Shown here piece after piece: positions 26,740 to 41,600 of a DNA stretch of 64,000 bases. The stretch lies in NCBI RefSeq assembly GCF_009914755.1, contig NC_060931.1; one strand, 5' to 3'. Origin of the DNA: the human T2T-CHM13v2.0 reference genome, Homo sapiens. Under the pieces are notes generated by a model, which saw nothing but the letters and a program-made list of their open reading frames with translations, searched no databases and had not been told where the DNA came from. Positions within the stretch are counted from its first letter, which is position 1. The number at the start of each line of letters is the position of its first letter. The position numbers and the translations under genes were made by a program.

Positions 26740-28779
26740 CAGCTTCCTATTATATCTGGTTAAGTAAGAGGATAAAGGAAATGAAAACCAGAGGTTAGGA
26801 GAGAAAAACAAAAAAAAAAAAAAGGAAAACGATGATTTTTAAAAGTTCAGTGTACACACACATACACAGAATAACAGAACCTCACAGAGACACCCAGGAG
26901 ATAGAGAATCAAACAGTAATACACATAAAATGCATCCAGAAACAGACAAACATAGAAAGAAAACAAAGATACTTTCATAACAACACTCCCAGCACATGCC
27001 TTTTGGAGACATTCTCACTTGAGATTTCTGTTATTACACTAGATTTTAACATTCTAAACACACTAATAGGAATATAATCTATCCCTCACCAACTGCTCTA
27101 TAAACTTGCTGAATCCTTCCTTTTTCAGGTCTTCTAAGCTTCAGAAACCAAATCCCCTGAAGGCAGCTCAGCCCCTCCAGGTTCCTGAGCAGAGGTAGCC
27201 ACTACAGAATCTATGTATTAAGCAAAGCCACAAAATGTAGTGACCTAGCCACAGATTCCTGGTGCTGATCTCCACCTGGCCACAGTTTTCCGCTCCCTTT
27301 CAATATTATAATTTGTATATTGGACACCCTGTTGAAATCACTAGCCCATCTCTGTGTTTTACTTTATTACTTTGGTGGTAAAAGAAGTAGCAGAAAATTT
27401 TCCTTATGTAAGGGGAGAAGCAAATCACTCTGTTTGTCAACTGAAAGTCAGAAAAAAAAGGAATAAAGATGAGACTTAAGTGTACATGATGCCGCCCCAT
27501 CAAATTTGCAAGCTATTTGTTTACTGGGAATAAATGTAGTAGGACAAAATCTTGGGAATTCTTAAGTTCTGTATCTCATAATTAGTTTCTTGTATCTGTA
27601 GAATGGTTGGCATTTAATGCTCATGAGAAGTTGCTTTCATCATAATCAACAAACATAGTACACAGAATTAAGTAACACTAAGATATTTCCCTCCGTTTGA
27701 GAAAGTAAGGTCTCCTATGATCTTTGGCATCAATAGAAACTCATTATCCTTGGGATAGTTCCACCCACTGTCACATAAATGTTGCATGTGAATTCCATTT
27801 TATATCAGTAGAATGCTTTATAGTTCATAAAGCACTTGTGCATTAATCATATAGAAAGAAGTTGCTTTCTGTTCAGGCTGTTTCTATACAAGTACTGAGC
27901 ATTATTTGCAGATAATGTGCTTCACTGAAACTGCACTGAATTGTTCACGTAACAGCTGTAAATCAAGATTGACTTTTTGAACCTAACTTTGCATAATTCA
28001 ACAAGGTACTCAACATCTTCTGCCTAAGCAGGCTCATGACTTACAAGAATCTGCAAAGCTAAATAACTATCCATGACTGTCTCAAAATGATTAAATAACA
28101 AAAAGGTTTTGCATTAACAAATCAGGAATGAGTCACTTACTAATTCTTCTCTGATCAAGAAGTGACAGAGAAGGTGCCATTTACAAAGAGAAATGTCATG
28201 AAATGATTGAGTTGTGAATTTCATCGAGTTCCCAATAATAAGCAAATGACCACAAAAGGAGGTGGTAGATGGGGGAAGATAACTGCTATTAAATACTCGT
28301 TTGTCAAGAGACAAATTTATCAGAGTTTGGGAGGTAGATTTAGTCTTAGCTCAGGAGAAGTAATCAGTTCTGAGGCTAATGAGTATACTGTGCTTAATCA
28401 TTTCATCATATATAAGACTGAGCAGCGTAAATCAGAAACCTTGTTAAGTCAGTACATAGTTACATGGTGCTTTAACATGGCACAACAATGAAACTTCATT
28501 ATTCTGCTGAAGCCTTTACTTCCTTTTCATATGTCCTTTGGTACAATTATTTGGAAAGACAGTGATCCGCTCCTCCACCAAGTTATTCCACCAAGGTTAT
28601 CCTCTTAGTTTTGTCCTGTGGTTTTGGACAATAGTAAACCTTTCATTAACATGTTTTTTTTTTTCCCTAACTTGAGCTTCTCCAAGGAGCAGACAGCCTT
28701 GTACCTGTAAACTCTCATTGTTTACACCACTCATAAAAGCAAATGATAGTGATATAGGAAGGAGGAAAAGGAGGAGAGC

Positions 28780-28930
28780 AAATGTTTACCAGGTTCTTAC
28801 CACACATCAGGTAATTTTTCACACATTTATTATAATAGCTATATAGGTAGGTTATATTATTTCTACTTTACTAAGGAGGACAGATAGTGAGGTTTGGAAT
28901 AGTTAAGAACTTGCCCTGGGTCACAGAAAG
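28780..28930 (-). mobile_element. MIR fragment
   Basis: attatttctactttactaaggagg..gttaagaacttgccctgggtcacag. Confidence 0.55.
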
Positions 28931-29739
28931 TGGCCCAGTAATGGCATAAACTATAACATAAAACCCAAACTACTTAATTATCACATTAATAATTTGCATT
29001 GCTAGTGAAGTTTGAAGTCATAGAAGATGGTAGAATTGCCATCACATCACTGTAACCATACTGGAGTTATCATACCAAGCTAGATGAGAAACTTAGCCCT
29101 GTGGTTTCCACAAAGTTTAACTACCTAACTTTATTATTTAGTTATTACATGGGAATGTGTTTTATAGCTTCAATTATACCCTAAGTTCATGAAAAGCAAC
29201 AGCTATGTTTATACACATTTAAAATTTATCCTTTAGTACCCAGCAAAGTGCTATCCACATTATCAATATACAATGGTTGAATCACTAATAAATTATGTGA
29301 TCTTAAAATACCCCATTCGGGCCAGAAAATGTACCTAAAATCTAGTGAGTGTAAAATTGTAATTTTTCTGCAGGCTGAGGACAGGAGTGAGAGTTATAAT
29401 GGCCCTGACAATGACTGAAGTGGGGGATGAGAGGTGGTAACTATGGATGGTGGAAAGGAGAACATATGAGGGATTGGAGATGCCTAAGAGATACACTTTA
29501 CCTCATTCTATATGTTTTGCAGGAAAGTTCCAAATATTTCTATGAGAACAAAGGAGAGAATCAGAGATTTCCCTGGCCTGAAACATATCAGGCTCTCCTG
29601 TAAACAAATGGATGTCATTAAACCCTGAGATGGGAAGGGATGCTATTGGCAGCAGCAAAAGGAACTCTTCTTCATTGAGTATAGTGTTCAGGTAATTTAT
29701 CCCTCACAGTCAATGACCCTTTTTCCTGCCTAACTTGTT

Positions 29740-30600
29740 CTCCTCTCTACCTTATATTCCTCATCTCCACAAACATTTTTTCACCATGTATTTTTCAGTT
29801 GTTCAGATTGAAATCCAAAGAGCCACCTCTGATTCCTCTGTTTACTTCAGCCCGTATGTCTAATCCTCAGCTAATCTTGACGTGTTCTTCAGAGCATATC
29901 CAGACTCCATCTACTGTAGTTTCTTTCCATTTCCATTCTATCTCCCTGGCCCGAGTCACCATCATTGCTTCCCTGGGTTACTACAGAACCCCCACACTGG
30001 TGCCAATGATCACTTAAACATATTAATCAAATCATGTCACCTGCCTGTTTTAAACCCTCTCGTGGCTTCCTATCTTACTTAAAGTAAAATATAAGCTCTG
30101 CCATGGTCTAGAATTTACATAGTCTGATCCTAGTGCATTCTCTAGCCTCATCTCCCACTACACTCCACTTCATATCCACCAGAGGACCCCTTTTTCCCTT
30201 ACTCAGACAGACCAATCTCATTAGCACCTTAAGGTCCTGCTTTTCTCTCTACCTTAAATACAGACCCTATGTTCTCACAGGACTACATCTTTCTTCTACT
30301 CCTTTCTTCTAGCCTGGGTCGACTTCCCTGACTACCTGAACCCTCATGCACACCTACCCCACTGAAACCAGTCAATGGCTAGCCCCACACCCCCTTCTAT
30401 TTTCTTCAGAGTACTTGCCATTACCATTTATTTATTTATGTGTGTGGTCTGCCTTTATGTCCTATTTCTGGCCTCCACATCCCTACACTACTGTTGCATA
30501 CAGACTCACGAGAGTGGGGATTCTTATCGATGTCCACGTTGCCTAGAACAACACCAGTTACATAATAAGAGCTGAATAACTATTTCTAGATCGAATGAAT
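29740..30600 (+). mobile_element. L2 3' portion
   Basis: Pyrimidine-rich L2 motifs (atcatgtcacctgcctg..ggcttcc..cttaaagtaaaat) ending in gaatgaat. Confidence 0.65.
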
Positions 30601-30636
30601 CCCAACAGAAGTCTTAGATGTTTAAGCCCTTTCTGA

Positions 30637-30988
<352 letters not shown>

Positions 30989-31987
30989 AAGAATGCAGTT
31001 TTTACATTCTCCAGTGACATTTGAGAAAATATTTGATATTTTTGCCTTTGCAAAAAAAGGGGAAAATATGTCACCTACATTTTCCTTGTACACACTGTTT
31101 TAATACTGAGGTACTCCCTATGGGAATCTAACCTCAGAATTATAACATGGGGATGAGAGAGATAATTGAAAGAATAGGGTAAAAAATTCCATGTTGCCTT
31201 TCTGGAGAATGCAATAGAATTTGCGAGCATGATATATGACCATACATGCCTGCAATAGGAGGGTGAACCTGCAAAAATGTTATTTCAGAATATTACATCG
31301 CAAAGAGCTCTAACTCTCTTTAGTTTTGCCACAGGGTTTTGAAGATTGCTATTACTGTGCTTACTTGAAACATAATCACAAATAAGAAGCATGTGGAAAC
31401 GACAGCTATATTAACTTTATCATGTACAGTTAAGTATTCAACACACTTGAAAGCACTGCTCCTTCATTTTCATAGTGTGCTACACAGAGAAACAGACCTA
31501 AAGGAAGAGCCTGGTGGAGACATAGCTGGACTGAGGTGAACAAGGTAATAACCAGATGCCCAAATACTGGAGGGGGGTAATGAGGCAGTGATTAAACACT
31601 GGGTTCTCTGGCTCCTTGAATACCACCTTGAACAGAGATACATGATCTAGAACTACCCCAGGCAGATATAACTGGAGGGAAGGTTCAGTTAAGTTTGTGA
31701 GGTTTGTTTTTCCACTTTCTTTAAAGAAACCATCTCTGCTCCTCACCTATTTCTTTCTCCCTGCTCTCAGGCACTTCACTCTGAATATCCTACTCACACA
31801 ACAGAGAAGGCATTAAATTAAGCCCTCTTATGATATTAAACAAGAGAAATTATATGATGCTTTTATAAAAGGTATGTGCTTTTTTAACACAGGGCTCAAG
31901 AAAATTTTCTTTAAACTCTTTGGTGTTGCTTTATGCGTTTCATCATTGATGCTCAGCCTATTCCAGGCTGTATAGGCTGTTGGTTTA

Positions 31988-32925
31988 GGAGATGTTTCCA
32001 ATTTCCTCTCAAATCTTAATCCATGGATAATGCCTGTGGGCTCTAACTTTTTAGAAAACTGGCTCTGATCCCAGAGACTCTTTTTATATAAGGAGAAAGT
32101 ACAGATTTTCCCTTTTCAGATTTATTTTCCTATTAATGATGAAAACAAACACAGAAAAAGAAAGACAATAAAAAATGGAAAACACTGATCTTAGTTACTT
32201 TTTGTCTTTTGCTAGCTTTTGAATTTGTCTGGTCTTGCTTCTCTAGTTCTTTTAATTGTGATGTTAGGGTGTCGATTTTAGATCTTTCCTGCTTTCTCCT
32301 GTGGGCATTTAGTGCTATAAATTTCCCTCTAAACACCGCATTAGCTGTGTCCAGAGATTCTGGTACGTTGTTTCTTTGTTCTTATTGGTTTCAAAGAACT
32401 TATTTATTTCTGCCGTAATTTCATTATTTACCCAGTAGTCATTCAGGAGCAGGTTGTTCAGTTTCCATGTAGTTGGGTGGTTTTGAGGGGGTTTCTTAAT
32501 CCTGAGTCCTAATTTGATTGTACTGTGGTCTGAGAGACTGCTTGTTATGATTTCTATTCTTTTGCATTTGCTGAGGAGTGTTTTACTTCCAATCATGTTG
32601 TCAATTTTAGAATAAGTGTGATGTGGTGCTGAGAAGAATGTACATTTTGTTGATTTGGGGTGGAGAGTTCTGTAGATGTCTATAAGGTCCACTTGGTCCA
32701 GAGCTGAGTTCAAGTCCTGAATATCATTGTTAATTTTCTGTCTCATTGATCTAATATTGACAGTGGGAGATGTTTCCAATTTTCTCTCAAATCTTACTCC
32801 ATGGATAATGTCTGTGGGCTCTAACTTTTTAGAAGGCTGGATCTGATCCCAGAGACTCTTTGTATATAAGAAGAAAGTATAGGTTTTCCCTCTTCAGATT
32901 TATTTTCATAATTAATGATGAAGAC
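31988..32925 (+). repeat. Dispersed direct repeat, ~158 bp (31988-32146 and 32766-32925), ~90% identical
   Basis: ggagatgtttccaattt..ccatggataatg..ctgatcccagagactctt..attaatgatgaa occurs twice. The second copy interrupts L1. Confidence 0.95.
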
Positions 32926-33970
32926 TTTAACACTAAAGTCTTCTACTATTATTGTGTGGGAGTCTAAGTCTCCTTGTAGGTCTCTAAGAACTTGCTTTAT
33001 GAATCTGGGTGTTCCTGTATTGCATGCATATAAATTTAGGATAGTTAGCTCTTCTTATTGCATTGATCCCTTTACCATTATGTAATGACCTTCTTTGTCT
33101 TTTTTGATATTTGTTGGCTTAAAGTCTGTTTTATCAGAGACCAGGATTGCAACCACTGCTTTTTTTGCTTTCCATTTGCTTGGTAAATATTCCTCCATAC
33201 CTTTATTTTGAGCCTATGTGTGTCTTTGCATGTAAGATGGGTCTCCTAAATATAGCACACTGATAAGTCTTGACTCTTTATCCAATTTGCCAGTCTGTGT
33301 CTTTTAACGGGGGCATTTAGCCCATCTACATTTAAGGTTAATATTTTTATGTGTGAATTTGATCCTGTCATTATGATAATAGCTGGTTATTTTGCCCATT
33401 AGTTGATGCAGTTCCTTCATAGTGTTGATGGTCTTTACGATTTGTTATGTTTTTTCAGTGGCTGGTACTGGTTGTTCCTTTACATGTTTAGTGCTTCCTT
33501 CAGGAGCTCTTGTAGGGCAGGCCTGGTGGTGACAAAATCTCTCATCATTTGCTTGTCTGTAAAGGATTTTAATTCTCTTTTGCTTATGAAGCTTAGTTTG
33601 GGTGAATATGAAATTTTGGGTTGAAAATTCTTTTCTTTAAGAATGTTGAATATTGTCCACCACTCTCTTCTGGCTTGTAGGGTTTCTGCAGAGAGATCCA
33701 CTATTAGTCTGATGGGCTTCCCTTTGTGAGTAACCCGACCTTTCTCTCTGGCTGCCCTTTACATTTTCTCCTTTTGTTCAATTTTGGTGAATCTGACAAT
33801 TACGTGTCTTGGAGTTGCTCTTCTCGAGGAGTATCTTTGTGGTGTTCTCTGTATTTCCTGAATTTGAATGTTGATCTGTCTTGCTAGGTTGGGGAAGTTT
33901 TCCTGGATAATATCCTGAAGAGTGTTTTCCATCTTGGTTCCATTCTCCCCACCACTTTCAGGTACACCAA
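32185..33970 (-). mobile_element. L1PA (L1PA7-like) inverted segment: ORF1 3' half, inter-ORF spacer and ORF2 endonuclease region
   Basis: ORF tracks DLSAETLQARREW..RPALQELLKEALNM (ORF1) and [31 protein letters not shown] (EN domain). Confidence 0.93.
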
Positions 33971-33975
33971 AAAAT

Positions 33976-35553
33976 TGCTATGCACATCAAGCTACTACTG
34001 TTGACTTTCTTCACAGAATTAGAAAAAAATGACTTTAAATTTCATATGGAACCAAAAAGGGCACATACAGCTAAGACAATCCTAAGCAAAAAGAACAAAG
34101 CTGGAAGCATCATGCTACCTGAGTTCAAACTATACTACAAGGCTACAGTAACCAAAACAGCATGGTACTGGTACCAAAACAGATATATAGACCAATGGAA
34201 CAGAACCGAGGCCTCAGAAATAATGCCACACATCTACAACCATCTGATCTTTGACAAACCTGACAAAAGCAAGCAATGGGGAAAGGATTCCCTATTTAAT
34301 AAATGGTGATGGGCAAACTGGCTAGCCATATGCAGAAAACTGAAACTGGACCCCTTCCTTACAACTTATACAAAAATTAACTCAAGATGGATTAAAGACT
34401 TAAACGTAAGACCTAAAACCATAAAAACCCTAGAAGAAAACCTAGGCAACACTATTCAGGACATAGGCATGAGCAAAGACTTCATGACTAAAACACCAAA
34501 AGCAATGGCAACAGAAGCCAAAATTGACAAATGGGATCTAATTAAACTAAAGAGCTTCTGCACAGCAAAAGAAACTATCATCAGAGTGAACAGGCAACCT
34601 ACAGAATGGGAGAAAACTTTTGCAGTCTATCCATCTGACAAAGGGCTAATATCAAGAATCTACAAGAAATGTAAACAAATTAACAAGAAAAAAACAAACA
34701 ACCCCACCAAAAGGTGGGCAAAGGATATGAATAGACACTTGCCAAAAGAATACATTTATGTGGCCAACAAACACATGGAAAAAAGCTCATCATCACTGGT
34801 CATTAGAGAAATGCAAATCAAAACTGCAATGAGATACCATCTCACACCAGTTAGAATGGCAATCATTAAAAAGTCAGGAAACAACAGATGCTGGGGAGGA
34901 TGTGGAGAAATAGGAACACTTTTACACTGTTGGTGGGAGTGTAAATTAGTTCAACCATTGTGGAAGACAGTGTGGTGATTCCTCAAGGATCTAGAACCAG
35001 AAATGCCATTTGACCCAACCATCCCATTACTGGGTATATACCCAAAGGATTATAGATCATTCTACTATAAAGACACATGCACACACATGTTTATTACAGC
35101 ACTGTTAAAACAGCAAAGGCTTGGAACCAACCCAAATTCCTATCAATGATAGACTAGATAAAGAAAATGTGGTACATATACACCATGGAATACTATGCAG
35201 CCATGAAAAACATGATTTCATGTCCTGTGCAGGGACATGGATGAAGCTGGATACCATCATTCTCAGCAAACTAACACAGGAACAGAAAACCAAACAGAAA
35301 ACTGCATGTTCTTACTCATAAGTGGGAGTTGAACAATGAGAACACATGAACAAACGGAGGGGAACATCACACACCAGGGCCGGTAGGGGGTTTGAGGGCT
35401 AGCGGGGGTTAGCATTAGGAGAAATATCTAATGTAGATGACAGGTTGATGGGTGCAGCAAACCACCATGGCACGTGTACATCTATGTAACAAACCTGCAT
35501 GTTCTGCACACGTATCCTAGAAATTAAAGTATAATAGAAAAAGAAAAGAAAAC
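33976..35553 (+). mobile_element. L1PA7-like 3' segment (ORF2 C-terminus, 3'UTR, A-tail) of a 5'-inverted insertion
   Basis: [34 protein letters not shown] and [13 protein letters not shown] remnants. L1PA7-type 3'UTR. gaaaaca shared at both flanks. Confidence 0.93.
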
Positions 35554-36959
35554 ATTACGCTAAGTGAAAAAAGCCAAAAATAAAAGTGCATACAGTGTCA
35601 TGTGACTAGAGATAAAGGTAGGGTGGTGATGTGAATATATGTGAAGATCCCTTCTCAGGCTGTGAATATGGCATTAAGAGGAGTGGGCGTGGGCCACTGG
35701 GTTTATGTACACCCAGTTTGGGTGGCACAGTTTGGGGGTGAAGAGGCTTACAGAGTAAGTGACTCCAGTTCAAAGAGCTTATGTATCTGAAGGCAGTTTC
35801 CGGGTACTCCAAGCTTAGGCGGGATTCACACTTCTAAGACTTAATGTCAACAGTTTCTATTGGATGACTGCAGTCATTCTACCCCAGATGTCACAAAATT
35901 GCTTATATTTCATGATTTTTGAGTTAAAAGATGGCAATATTTTATGGTTCAACCCCCATACAACTGGGAATAAGAATGGGAGTAGGAGAAAGGTCACTTT
36001 TTGACTCATTATACTTCGCAAAGCCAGCTAAGCTTGGCTTATACCACCAAGTTCTTGTTTGTGAAGATACAAAACCCATTTTATACCTTATACTATGTCC
36101 TGGCAGAAGAGGCATGTTATGCTTTCACAGTAGTATCTCAGCCTCTGCTGGATCTTCCTTCAGTGAATCTTGTCTCAGTTTCAACTGTGTTAAGAAGGAT
36201 GCATACAAAGCCACTGCCAATTTCTACAAGAACTTCACATACACCAAGCAACAGAACTTCAAAGACTTATTGAAACATTTGAAAGTCATATGAAGTGGCC
36301 TCTGTTCCCTGAGTGGCCTTTTTTATCTCCTTGGTCCCCCTAACCCTATCTCTCTCCCATTCATGCTCCTCACACCTTCCTCCCAGGCCTCATTCTAAGT
36401 TCCTCTCCCAGTATGCATATCAGTTCAGCTCTTCCTGGCTTCCAAACTCCCAATTTTCGTGTTATCATCTGTCAGGTACATGGCAAAACAACTTAATAGG
36501 ATCTACCATCCTTAAAAGGCAGTCAGGGTTATCAATAAATGATTCAATACACATTTATGGCATACTAATCTGTGTTCAGCATTATGTTAGATTCTAGTAG
36601 GGAGGGAGGGGTATCAAACAATGTCCGCAAATGCCTCCTGGCTGAGAAATTCAGTCTAGTTGGGAGGCAAGTATTTCATAATAAAAGCCATACAGCTAAG
36701 GGATACATAAAAGTAGAGCTGAGGCCTCAAGAGGGATGGTGGAAAAAGTGCAGTGTGACAGCATTTTCTGAGCTAGACTGGACAGGAAACACATTTCTTT
36801 ACTGAAAATATGTTTCCAATAACTACCCTTTCTCCAAATGAAACAACAAGAAATCCAAACATACCCTCCAAAACTATTCATCTATGTATGCCACTACAGC
36901 TTATGCATTTGAATAAGGTAAGCACTGACGGAGTTTCTGATTAAAAAGATAACTGATCT

Positions 36960-37082
36960 TGTGCACAATATTCAATATTTGGGCGATGGGTACAGTAAAA
37001 GCCCAGACTTCACTGCCATGCAATATATCCATGTAACAACACTGCACTTTTACCCCCTAAATCTACAAAACAATACAAAAAT
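36960..37082 (+). mobile_element. L1PB/L1MA 3' terminal fragment
   Basis: gatgggtacagtaaaagcccagacttcac..caatatatccatgtaaca. Confidence 0.75.
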
Positions 37083-37437
37083 AGTTGCTCTTTTTTTAAT
37101 GGTCACCTAAGGGGAAGAATATCGTTAAATGTAATATGCAGTTCCTACCAGAAGATGAGATAGCAGGGAGTGAGATAGAATGAAGATATTAATGTTGGAT
37201 CCTTTTATATGCAAATAATTTTTCTTGACTCTATCATGAAGTTTGAATATACCAAAAATTTAAGCTTCTAATAGTACAGATTCTGCAACTGACTTCCGGA
37301 CCACTTCACATATGAACATACAAATGACAGGCAGACTCTATTTGCCACTGAGAAGCTAAGTTTACATTGCTAAATCCTCTAAAGCAGAAAATAGAGCTCC
37401 CAAAGCTGACTTCTAAAGGTAGAAGAAAGTATAGAGA

Positions 37438-37710
37438 AGTAGTTTTCAACCATGGTTATATATGAGAGTTACCTGGAGAGTTTTTAGAATGCCTGATCCT
37501 AGGGCATCACCCCTGGGATTCTGATTTAACTGGTCTGAAATGGGACCAAGACTTTTTGTGTCCCAGGGAAGCTTTTACAAATTACCGATCCCTGGGCTGC
37601 ATTCCTGGGTGTTTCCAATTAAGTTGTTCTGAAGTGACTTCCAGAAATCTGTGTTTTTCAGTGTCCCAAGAGCTTCCATGTTTGGCCAGATTTTTAAAAC
37701 CATTGATCTA
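37438..37710. mobile_element. MER5-type hAT-Charlie fragments
   Basis: gttttcaacc..acctggagag..gattctgatttaactggtctg motifs. Confidence 0.55.
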
Positions 37711-38384
37711 ATGCAAAATTGCAAAAAAAAAAAAAAAAAAAATCAGTTGTTTCTAAAATTGTAAAGCGAGTACATAGGGAATAAAAAAAAAAGTAATAAG
37801 ATTTTTTGTGCTGTGGCACGAAGTCTGTTCTACGGCCCCAACTACTTCACAATTTCCTGGGTCACCTGTAAAGTTAGTGTTGACAACAGCATGAAGCACT
37901 GAATGAAGCTCCCCTTCCTGAACCTTCATCCCTAGGAAGGTAAGCCAAATGACTTTTACTGTCTCCCTGTTTATGGAAGATAACAAATATATGTCCTTTA
38001 GAAAAGCATGCCTATAATTAAGCAGTCATCTAGGCTGGCAGTAGGGTACAGCTCAGTGACTATCTTTAAACAAAATGTGGGTATCTCGCTGTATTCATTG
38101 CATCAACAATAGAACATAGCAGGCTGTTAGAAAAGCTCCCAAGTGCAGCAAAAGAGGGCTTACACAGAAAAGACTGTTGAAGTTCTGACACAGCAAAAGA
38201 AGGGAACCCAATGCTATATTTTGCTAAAAGGTAAAACACATTCTGACATTATATACTCATGTGGGCAAAACAGTAGTACTACATTACTACACCATTGACT
38301 GAGAGAGTCTCCTTATCTGGAAATAAGGGAGATCTAATTCCAGAGATATCACAGTGGGATAACCATTTAAAAAGTTAAAATAAT

Positions 38385-38669
<285 letters not shown>

Positions 38670-41600
38670 TTAAAATAAACATTTATATAACAACATAGAC
38701 AAATAAAAACAATTCCAAATATGCATATTTGATGGTTATTCATTAGTAATCAAAAAATTATAAAATCTCAGAAATAGAAAGGATCTTCAGAGATCTCATT
38801 CAGCCACTCAGCCACCCAACAGAATGAAGGATAACTGCACTGAAGTTTATAGATTTCCAATAAGCATTGGCACATCAAGATAGACTAAGGGTTAAGGGAT
38901 CTGAGTTTTACTTCATTAGGCAGCTATGGAAACTTGGGAAGTCACATAATTTTTCAGGCCTTAATCTCCTCATCTATAACGTGAGTGCGAATGAACTGAA
39001 CTCAGCTTTGATGTTCTGTCATCAAGGTATGCAAATGTATGTCACTCTCTTTTAGTAAATCAATAATGAAACAAACACAACAAACAACAACCTGAAGTAA
39101 TTTACCTGGCTATCAGGAAATACCTGAGGTGTCATGGGAAAGAAAAACCACAAGATTCTGTTTTATTTACTAGTTGGCTTGGGGAAAAAAATGAAAGAAC
39201 TTGCAAAGTCTTTATGATTAATATGCTTATAAGTGGTGGTTTAATCACAGCCACATTGCTTGCTGATAGTGTGCTGCATGAAGGAAGACAGCCTGATAAA
39301 ATTCTTAGGGGACCAATCATCACTGCTGACATTCATCCAGCATGACAGAAGAAATCACTACTATTGAGAGTTATGCTCAGCATAATCAGTGATAATACTC
39401 TCTTTAAAATGGAAGTAAGAACCTAGAGTAACAATACCCCTTTAGGTTAAATGCATCTCTCAGAAGAGTGGTTTGTGCATTTCGCATCTCCAGCATAAGT
39501 AAAACATATTTTTATCCAGAAACCTACTGGGAGAAACATCCCATATTCAGGGATATTCTGTTGATGGCAGTATTATGGCTATTCAGTATATCAGCTGAAG
39601 CACCACAAAGTAACATGCCATATAACTTCTGTTGCTCAGCATAATTTCTTTCTAAATCTTCATTTATCTGCAGCTATTGTGACTGTCTGGGAAAACTATA
39701 GATGGTCTCAAATATCTTCCTATTCTTTGGAGGTCTTCTGAATGAACAGTATCTGTGATCCTTTTGCTTTACACAAACAAAAGACATCTCTTCAGTTATT
39801 AAGTAACGGTTTGAAATTCTTATAATTATATTAATGCATTTAAGCATATAGTCAATGTTTGCTTTATGCTTCATAGTTCTATTTAGAGAATAATGCAGGA
39901 TATTTATTGTCGAATGAGAGACAAGGGGTTTAAACTTGTGAGTAATATAAATAAATCACAATCTGGTTTTATTTACTGCATTCATTCTCAGCAGACTTAA
40001 TTGAAATACCTTTATGCTTTTCAAGTTTTTCCTGTATGTCTTCCCTATTGAGAAAGTGAAATCTAATATTAAGTAATGTTCCTTCAGAGTCCATGCACAG
40101 AAGAACACAAACGAAAATCATGAACTCAATTCAATAACTGAATGCATCTGCAAGTTTCTTAGCTTGTGACAGTGTGGTAACAAATTCTAATTCATTGGGC
40201 TTTTTTGTTCTTCCTCCACAGAATTATGGATGTACTGGGGAGCTCAATTTTTGTCAAAACGAAACAGCTATCCTTTAGTACATTTAAAAAGAAATCATAC
40301 CCTAGTTAAAGGACTGAAAAATAAGCTGAAAAAACACAACTGAATATTAAATCTGTTTTGTCAGTTTTGTTTTAGTGTACAGAATCTGTTGGTAATAAAA
40401 CAATTTGTTAATTGGTTGCTCCAGGTTATTTGGTGGCTAACCTAATAAATTCTACTTCTAAAGTATAAGCTCACCACTTATTTTTGTCAATTAATTACAT
40501 TTCATTCAAGAGTTAAGTTTCTTGCAATAAATATTAACATAATGTGGGAAGATTTTATAATTTTCCAACTGACTGGGAATCTTTGACAACCAAATGCTGA
40601 ACTTAAATTGAAGAATAACTCAATAGGAAATACACAATAGCAGTGTCAAGATTTACAACAAATACACTGGAAGTGTTTTAAAAATTAATAGTAGGCTGCT
40701 ATGCTTGGCTTAATTAGCTTTCTTTTTCATGTACAAAGCATATCTGTCTAGTTTTACGAACTTGGTCTCCAGTCCCCTTTCCTAAAAACCTGTTTAATTA
40801 AAGTTTAACTGCTGTGTACGCTTTAGAAACAGCAGAATGATTTTTTCTCCCTTGAAATACTTAATCCTTTCTCAAAACATGATCCTTCTGAATATATATT
40901 TAAAAGGCAAGGGGTGAGGAATGAATAATCTTCCAACAGACAAACACTGACAGTTTAGCTCATCAGTTCCAGGTATGGGTAGACTGAAAATTGTCTCCCA
41001 GGCCACCAAGAAATCCAAAACCAACATTTGGCATGAGCAGATTTTTGTTCTTCAAAAATAAAATGTCAGATAGAGAAAATGACAAATGAGTAAATAGAAA
41101 ATTAAGTAGAAAGAAGGCTACAAAATACTATAAAAACACTATACTTAATGATTTTTGTAAGACTTTTCCATATACTGCTATAGATATCCAGCACCCAAGT
41201 AATATGACAAATAAGGCAATGCCAGCTATCTTTATCAGTGACTTGCAAAGTCAGTGTAATACTTTATTATCAAACATGCAAATATTTTAAAAATAATGAC
41301 ATATATTGACCACACAATCTCTGAAATGAAGACAACAATTAAAGGACAGATGGATGTGATGAATCCCTGAACAGTATACCTTTACTTATGAGACTAAAAA
41401 GTAATACTAATAGAAATTTAGTTCAGGATCACTAGCTAAGGCATACAGTTTCACGCTGTCCCAACTCCAGATTTCTCTCCTCCAAGGGTTTCTCCAGCAA
41501 TGCTGGCATGACTACTGTGCAGGAAAATATCATAGGTATTTTTAGGCCCTTTTGACAGTCAGCTCCTTGAAAAGAGAGTTTCTGACTTAGCCTCACATTC

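Noticed and set aside
32315-35321. Longest ORFs in the window (154 and 169 aa) with endonuclease/ORF2 similarity
   Set aside because: Fragments of a rearranged, stop-riddled L1 lacking promoter and RT core. Not retrotransposition-competent.
35931-36293. 120-aa ATG ORF downstream of the L1 (similarly 57969-58404 and 22612-22887)
   Set aside because: No similarity to any protein I recognise and no processed-pseudogene hallmarks (poly-A, TSD). A BLASTX search would be needed to revive it.
40201-40230. Strong plus-strand acceptor-like ttttttgttcttcctccacag
   Set aside because: No convincing nearby donor or promoter. Isolated splice-like sites are common.
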